From contig OX597823.1 of NCBI GenBank assembly GCA_951406725.2, positions 47,244,001 to 47,308,000 on the forward strand: 64,000 nt of DNA, read 5' to 3'. The position numbers and the translations under genes were made by a program. Positions within the stretch are counted from its first letter, which is position 1, and every line of letters begins with the position of its first letter. This DNA comes from Octopus vulgaris. Taxonomy: Eukaryota. Positions 55,781-64,000 of the stretch are shown in pieces. Under the pieces are notes generated by a model, which saw nothing but the letters and a program-made list of their open reading frames with translations, was not told where the DNA came from and did no database searches.

Positions 55781-57221
55781 GGGGGTTCATATAAGATTTT
55801 GTTCAAATTTATGTGTAATGAAATTGGTTATACATCTCATACGATACACGAAATATTTCAAAAATTTTTTTATACAATCCCTAATATTATTCAATCATAA
55901 AAATAAAATAGGATATATATATATACACCATAGGATATATACACAATAGGATTTTATTTAAACATTGAATGGTTATTGGGGTCTAGTACAGTAAAATAGG
56001 AATCAAAGGGATCCATAGGAAACAAAATGGTTGGGTACCACTAATCTAGACCAAAGTTATAAACGATATTTACTCATTTGCCCAAAATATCTATAATGTA
56101 ATGAAACTGGTCATCACAGCTTTGTGAAGCAAAAGAACATGTGCATAAATGTGTTTGTGTGTATGCATGTGCATACATTTAAGTGTGTGTCCACACACAC
56201 ACACACACTCACACCACATGGCTGTGTATTTAAGAAGCTTACTTAGCAACCGAGTGGTTAGGGGTTCAATCCCACTTTGCATCATCTTTCAGCAAGTATC
56301 TTCTGTTATAGCCCTGGGCTGGCCAATGCCTTGTGAGTAGATTTAGTAGACAAAAGCTGTGTCTTTTTGTATGTGTGTGTGTGTGTATGTGTGTGATTGT
56401 GTGTGTGTGTTTGTCTACCCACATCACTTGACAACTGGTACTGGTTTGTTTATGTTTGGCAGATCAACAAAAGAGAACGGTAGAAAAAATACCAGACTTT
56501 GAAAAAAAAAAAAAAAAAAATAACAACTGGATTAAATTTGTTCAAATTAACCTGATATAGCAGTGCTCCAGCATGGCTGCAGTCCAGTGACTGCAACAAG
56601 TAAAAGACATATCTACATATCTGGCACCCTATGATTTGATGTACCTTCGTCCTTATGAATACATATAGCAAAAAGAGATATAACAGCATATAGGTCATCA
56701 TCATCATCATCATTTGTTGTTCACTTTTTTCCATGCTTGCATTACTTAGATGGAATTTGTTGAGACAGATTTTCTATGGCCTGATGCCCTTGTCACAAAT
56801 TCATAAACTTTCTGGGAAAACCCAGTCACAGACACACACACACACACACTGCATGCACATTCTTATGTGTTAATATCATGGTATCAACTAGACAGTCGGA
56901 AGTTGTTACACACCACTGATCACAATGCACTTCACATCATTTTAGCTTTCGAATGGCATGCCACCCACCACAAGCTTGGCAAGCAGGCCAACATTCCCCT
57001 CGATCGTCTAAGTGGAAAGCTACTTCATTGCAGGGTTACGACACTTTTACAGTCGAGTGGACTGGAGCAACGTGCTTAAGAACACATTGTGCAGCCAGTC
57101 TGAGACTGGAAACTACTATTTCATGATTGCGAGAGCCACAATTGTTAATCACTAGGCTTTTCACCTTAACATGCATAAATATGTGTGTGTCTTATTATTA
57201 TTATTATTATTATTATTGTCA

Positions 57222-57655
57222 TTAAGGTTGCTGAATAGTTAGCACGCTGGGCAAAATGCTTAGCGGCATTTCGTCCTGAGTTCAAATTCTGTTGAGTTCA
57301 GCTCTGCCTTTCATCCTTTCAGGGTCAATAAAATAAGTACCTGTTGAAAACTGGGGTCAATGTAATCAACTCATCCACTTCCCCCAAACTGCTGCCCTTG
57401 TGGCAAAATTTGAAAACCATTATTATTATTATTATTATCATTAAGGTCACAGAATAGTTAGCACACTGGGCAAAATGCTTAGCAGAATTTCTTCCTTCCT
57501 TACGTACTGAGTTCAAATTCTGCCGAGATTAACTTAGCCTTTCATCCTTTTCAGGTCGATAAAATGTGTACCAGTCAAACACTGGTGTTGATATAATCAA
57601 CTAGTGCCCTCTCCCAAAATTTCAGGCCTTGTGCCTTTAGGAGAAAGAATTATTA
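57222..57655 (+). mobile_element. Two tandem family B SINEs, CpG-decayed
   Basis: Two GAATAGTTAGCAC...GAGTTCAAATTCTG...CCTTTCATCCTTT units separated by (ATT)n. Confidence 0.8.
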
Positions 57656-57771
57656 TTACTATTGTTAATACTAATGTTTGGTAGAAGTAACTGAGTGACC
57701 CAAGGGCTGAGTGTTTCCTGTGTTAGCACTTAGCAAACTTATCACCAAACATATTTATATCTATCTGTCTG

Positions 57772-57886
<115 letters not shown>

Positions 57887-57914
57887 GTCTATCTGTCTGT
57901 TTATGCATTCTTGT

Positions 57915-58300
57915 CTTCTTATACTTGTTTCAGTCATCAGACTGTGGCCATGCTGGAGCACTGCCTTTAGTTGAACAAATTGACCCCAGGACTTATTCTT
58001 TGTAAACCTTGTACTTATTCTATCAGTCTCGTTTGCTTAACTGCTATGTTACAGGGACGTAAAAACACCAACAGCGGTTGTCAAGCAATGGTGGTGGGGA
58101 ACAAACACAGACACACAAACACACACACACACACACACACACACGACAGGCTCCTTTCATTTTCTATCTACCAAATCCACTCACAAGGTTTTGTTTGGCC
58201 CAAGGCTACAGCAGAAGACACTTGACCAAGGTGCCACGCAGTAGGACTAAACCCAGATCCATGTGGTTGGGGAGCAAGTTTTTTAACACAGACACTCCTG
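57915..58300 (-). mobile_element. SINE family A copy, CpG-decayed
   Basis: Reverse-complement family A with ACTGTGGCC, CACTGCC, GTTGAAC and ATTGACCCC at consensus CpG sites. Confidence 0.85.
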
Positions 58301-58528
58301 CACATATAGCCATTCTATATATGTGTGTACTTATGTATGTATGTATGTATATATATATCTATGCATATGTATATATGCCTGGCTTCTCTAAGTTCATGTC
58401 AAATAAATCCACCCACAAGTTTTTGGTTGACTTGGGGTTATAGCAGAAGAGGCTTGGTCAGGGTGGTATGCACATGTTTGAGAAGGAAGCTCCTTAAGCA
58501 AACTGCAATGATTGCTCAATAACCATGT

Positions 58529-58596
<68 letters not shown>

Positions 58597-58701
58597 TCAA
58601 TACACATGCACATACATATATATATATACATATTTGTATATATATATATATTTCTATGTATATGTATTTGTATATATATATATTTCTATGTATATATATT
58701 T

Positions 58702-58741
<40 letters not shown>

Positions 58742-58753
58742 GTATATATATAT

Positions 58754-58807
<54 letters not shown>

Positions 58808-58894
58808 GTTTGAATATATACATATAATTGTAGGTATATATATTTGTATGTATACACACACATATATATATATATATAGTTTAATGTATATATA

Positions 58895-59279
58895 GTGAAG
58901 GCACATGGCTTAGTGGTTAGAGCGTAAATCTTACGATCATGAGGTTGTGAGTTCGATCCCAAACCGGGCTCTATGTTGTGTTCTTGAGCAAGACACTTTA
59001 TTGCACGTTACCCCAGTTCACTCAGCTGTAGAAATTAATTGCGACATCACTGGTGCCAAGCGTATCGGCCTTTGCCTTTCCCTTGGATAACATTAGTGGT
59101 GTGGAGAGGGGCAATTAGTATGCATGAGCAACTGCTACCCTACCACAAACAATCTAGCCCTGACTTGTGCCATGGAGGGTAGCTTTCTAGGTGCAATGCC
59201 ATGGTCATATCCCCGGTCGATCCGTCCAACCCATGCTAGCATGGAGAACGGACGTTAAACGATGATGGTGATGATGATA

Positions 59280-59283
<4 letters not shown>
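58895..59283 (+). mobile_element. tRNA-head, CORE-like SINE ending in the family D (GAT)n tail
   Basis: A-box TGGCTTAGTGG, B-box GAGTTCGATCCC, CTTGAGCAAGACACTTT, and tail CCGTCCAACCCATGCTAGCATGGAGAACGGACGTTAAACGATGATG. Confidence 0.8.
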
Positions 59284-59331
<48 letters not shown>

Positions 59332-59418
59332 GTGTGTATAAATATATATATATGTATTTATATATATATTTATATATATAGATGTATCTATATGTATTTA
59401 TATCTATCTATCTATCTA

Positions 59419-59461
<43 letters not shown>

Positions 59462-59620
59462 ATATATACATGTATTTATATATATATATATATGTATTTT
59501 TATATATATTTATATGTATGTATTTATATATATCTGTGTATATATATATGTATATATATGTATATATATATGTGTGTATATATATATATATGTATATATG
59601 TATTTTTATATATGTGTATT

Positions 59621-59667
<47 letters not shown>

Positions 59668-60912
59668 ATACACATACATTCAAGTGTATCTATACACACA
59701 CAAGTCTGTGTGCATATATGTATGTATAAGTGTGTATGTATATATATATATATATACACATATATATATTGGTATGTATACATTTATATATGTATATACT
59801 TTTGCATGTTTATACACAAAAACACACACTAACAGAAATATATATATGATCAGATACTGAAGAAGCTAGTGATGACCTGCCTTGGCAATAATTATATTAA
59901 TTACTATAAATGTTTTGTATACACACATGCACACGCGCATATGTATAAATGCAATATTCTCTGTCTGGATGGCTTCCTGGCTTACATACCCACCCCACAG
60001 TTATCTACCCTTTCAACTTGCACATATTTTGGTATCAGGTTAACTCCAGGGGTACATCTTTGATCTATGGGCCTGCAGTGCAATTTCAGACCAACTTTTG
60101 TTCTTATGAGCAGCAAGATGCACACAAATATTTATAAGATCGGGAACAGAGAAATAAAAGTATAGAGGGCAAACAAGAACGTGATTGTATTTGGGGTATT
60201 TAACTGATATATATCTACACACATACACACACACGTAATGAAAAGAGAACAAAGAAAATGCTTTAACACATCTTCATTTATAAGCTACATGTGTTTCCGC
60301 ACTGTCTCCATTTCCAACGCCAGCTTACATGAAAATTTTTAAAAGAAAAATTGCGTAATATATGCAGATTTGGAGGCTTTGGAGAGGTACTTCCTCAGAT
60401 TTGCATCAAAGACATTGGGCATCTTTGAGACCTTGTTGCTATGAAAGTATCAGGAGGAAAGAAAAAGGAAAGAAAATTAAAAGTGTGTATATGGGATGGG
60501 TCTGTGGGGAAGAATTTATATGTGTGTATGTGTGGGGAATCAAGAGGGTAGATACATTTATAAATAGGAAGGAGAAAGGGAAGGGGGGGAGGAAAATGAA
60601 TAGAAGAAAACGAAAGAGAAGAATCAGATTCGCGTAAACTGGTGTTGCATCTGGAGAATGGTAGGGAAACATGTGTAACTTATAATTAAAGATGTGTTAA
60701 AGAATTTTCTTTGTCTTCTTCTTTTCATTGGATTATTTACCCTTTGCCAAACCATATGACAGAATAATCGTCATGAAACTTGGATTTTCTATGACCTTGG
60801 TTTGGATCCTGACATGTTGATCGCCCAGCATCTGGATTGAGTGCTTCCTTGGAAATACCCCAACTTCACTCCCAACTGACTTTACATATATATATATATA
60901 TATATATATAGT

Positions 60913-61133
60913 CAAGGGAGCGCTGAAAAGTTCCTGGCTTTGGGTAAAAGAATATAGAGGCGGATCAGTAAATCATGATTTTATTCAACATATTCCCCTC
61001 TCAGATTCACACACTTATTGCAGCACTCCTTCAGTTTTACTAAGCCCTGTAAAAGAATTCAGAAAGTTTGGCCTCCAACCAAGCCTTTTGCAGTACCCTT
61101 AAGGCTAGGAACTTTTCAGCCCCCACTCCCTCA
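60913..61133. mobile_element. Mariner-type MITE (family E)
   Basis: GCTGAAAAGTTCCTGGCTTT / AAGGCTAGGAACTTTTCAGC TIRs, in the opposite orientation to the 54573 copy. Confidence 0.85.
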
Positions 61134-61498
61134 TGTATGCATATGTATATATTTTAATGCTTGTTTTTATGCTCAGAATAAAAACAATTTTGCATTAATC
61201 TGATGGGTTATTCTATACTTTTTTTTTTGGAGTAAGCCGTCAGCTATAGGATTCATTAAAATCTAGACACGTGAACATGTAGGATGCAATCAATGGCTAG
61301 GCACAATAACATAAGGTTCACAATGAAGTAAAACAACTATGAAGGCATCATAGGATACTGTAGATATGTGAGTACCAAATCCAATTTAAACTGTAGATGT
61401 GGCTCAGGGCTGGTTCTAGGTGTGGCACAGGTATAAAAAAGATTACATACAAACTCATACATATGAATGTAAATCAATAAATAGTACACACACACACA

Positions 61499-61578
61499 CA
61501 GGGTGGCCCAAATTCACTTCACCATTATTTAATACATACAAATATATTAAATGGTGGCTTGAAGTTTGGGCCACCCTA
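61499..61578. mobile_element. Tiny (about 80 bp) Tc1/mariner-type palindromic MITE
   Basis: AGGGTGGCCCAAA / TTTGGGCCACCCT termini with further imperfect pairing inward. Confidence 0.7.
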
Positions 61579-61952
61579 TATATATGATATGCATATATAT
61601 ATGTATGTATGTCTGTATGTATGTATGCATGTATATATGCATGTATATATATATATATATATATACATGAATGTAGACATTTATGTGTTTGTGTTTATAT
61701 TTGTTGCCCTCCACTACTTGACAACCGATGTTGGTTGGTTTATGTCTTTGTAACTTAGCAGTTAAGTAAAAGAGACTAACAAAATAGGTATTGGGGATTG
61801 ATTTCTTCAACTAAACCCTTCAAAGGGTTACATCAGCATAACTGCAGTTTAATGACTAAAGCAAGTAAAACATGCATACACATCTTTGGCAGTGCTCCAG
61901 CATGGCTGCAGTCAAGTGACTGAAACAAATGAAAAAAATACAAGAATATATT

Positions 61953-62006
<54 letters not shown>

Positions 62007-62009
62007 TGC

Positions 62010-62240
62010 GGCGGCGAGCTGGCAGAGACGTTAGCACGGCGGGCGAAATGCGTAGCCGTATTTCGTCTGCCGCTACGTTCTGAGTTCAAATTCCGCCGAG
62101 GTCGACTTTGCCTTTCATCCTTTCGGGGTCGATAAATTAAGTACCAGCTACACACTGGGGTCGATGTAATCGAGTTAATCCCTTTGTCTGTCCTTGTTTG
62201 TTCCCTCTATGTTTAGCTCCTTGTGGGTAGTAAAGAAATA
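62010..62240 (+). mobile_element. SINE family B, full length, CpG-intact (young copy)
   Basis: Very similar to the 11747-11979 monomer. Confidence 0.9.
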
Positions 62241-62344
62241 TATATATATATATGCATGTATGCACACACACACACACACACATAAACAAGCACATATTTA
62301 TATATATATATATCGATATTTCGTGATATATCATTTATTTTCTA

Positions 62345-62745
62345 TCTTTTACTTGCTTCAGTCATTAGACTGTGGCCATGCTGGGGCACCACCCTGAAGA
62401 ACTTTTAGTTGAATGAATTGATCCCAGTACTTATACCTTTTTTAAAACCTTGTACTTATTGTATTGGTCTCTTTTTGCCAAACCACTAAGTTATGGGGAC
62501 GTAAACATGCCAACATCATTTGTCAAGCACTGGTGGGGACAAACACAGACACACAGACATTCACACACACACCCACACGCACATCTGATGGGCCGTTTTA
62601 GTTTCCATCTTCCAAATACACTCACAAAGCTTTGATCGACCCAAGGCTATAATAGAAGACACAGGCCCAAGTTGCTACAGAGCAAGACTGAACCTGAAAC
62701 CATGTGGTTGAGAAGCAAGCTTCTTACCACACAGCCATACCTGCA
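62345..62745 (-). mobile_element. SINE family A copy, CpG-decayed
   Basis: Reverse-complement family A layout. Confidence 0.8.
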
Positions 62746-62770
62746 TCTCTCTCTCTCTCTCTCTCTCTCG

Positions 62771-62811
<41 letters not shown>

Positions 62812-63248
62812 ATATAAGTGCAGGCATGCATCTCAAGCTGGCTTTGCAACTTTGCACTTTTGAGTTAGCCACAGGGTGACTAATGACATGGCAGTGAATT
62901 TGGGTGATGGAAACTGTGTGGAATCCTGCCATATATATATGTGTGTGTGTGCATTTGTGTGTGTCTGTATTTGTGTAGCTTATTCGTGTGTTTTGGGGTT
63001 CATGTTTGTCCATCCCACCCACCCACTCACATGCACACACACACACACACACAAATATTGGTTTGTTTACATCCATATAACTTAGCAGTTGACAAACGTG
63101 AATCATAGATTAGAGTCAGACTTTAAAGATAAAGGTAAGTACCGAGTTGTCAGTTTGTTCGACTAAACACTTCAAGGCGGTGCTCCAGCATGGCCATAAT
63201 CTAAGTATTAGATAAAAGATAAATATCCATACACACACACACACACAC

Positions 63249-63329
<81 letters not shown>

Positions 63330-63631
63330 AATGTGTGTGTTTGTTTTCATTTGGAGTTATACTTAAGAACAATTTAACATTTGACTGAAGGATTATTAAA
63401 TAGAATTTTGCAGACTATTTATTTACATAAACGTGTATACATGTATTGGTGTATATAAATATACACACCAACATACGTATATGACCATACATATAGATTA
63501 TTACATGTCACTGGAATCAATATCTGCCAACCTGTCTTCGGGCATTTTTGTTTATAATATACATTCATGCTTCGCTTACAAGTGAGTTATATGTGTGTCT
63601 GTGTGTGTGTGTGTATATATATATATGTATG

Positions 63632-63665
<34 letters not shown>

Positions 63666-64000
63666 GTCACATGCACACTTGTATATAGGTTTGTATATAC
63701 CTCATGTACACACACACATATATATATGCACACACATGTATTTATATATATATTAATACATATATATATATATATATATATATCTACATTTGTGTGTGTG
63801 CATATATATATACTCATGTATATATACTTGTATATATACATATGCTTATATATATGTATATATGTTTTTTCTTTTACTTGTTTTAAACATATGACTGTGG
63901 CCATGCTGCAGCACCTCCTTAAAGGGATTTTTAGTTGAAAAAATTGATCCCTGGACTTATTCGTTATAAGCTTAGTACTTATTATATTGGGTCTTTTGCC

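Noticed and set aside
58900-58975. tRNA gene
   Set aside because: A and B boxes are present but there is no proper cloverleaf and it continues into SINE body, so it is a SINE head.

Overview
Eukaryotic, AT-rich, repeat-saturated DNA, most likely from an octopus (inferred from the SINE families and the extreme (TA)n/(CA)n/(TACA)n load). It is not prokaryotic, and I can support no intact protein-coding gene. Nearly all ORFs in the supplied track are microsatellite or SINE read-throughs. The window holds dozens of copies of at least four SINE-type families (labelled A-D here), several DNA-transposon derivatives (mariner deletion derivatives and MITEs, a Tc1/mariner fold-back, hAT-like MITEs, a piggyBac-like MITE) and many simple repeats. 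Three non-routine signals stand out. (1) A near-canonical minimal hammerhead ribozyme motif at 10269-10324 sits inside a 140-bp-arm inverted repeat, as in Penelope-like elements. (2) SINE copies switch from CpG-intact to CpG-decayed at about 46-48 kb, downstream of a unique promoter/first-exon-like island at about 43 kb, which suggests a hidden methylated gene body. (3) A 15-nt candidate microexon with a GC donor lies at 51670-51684. Repeat boundaries were read by eye and are approximate; only the clearest copies are listed. I see no convincing evidence of a wholly new biological system.
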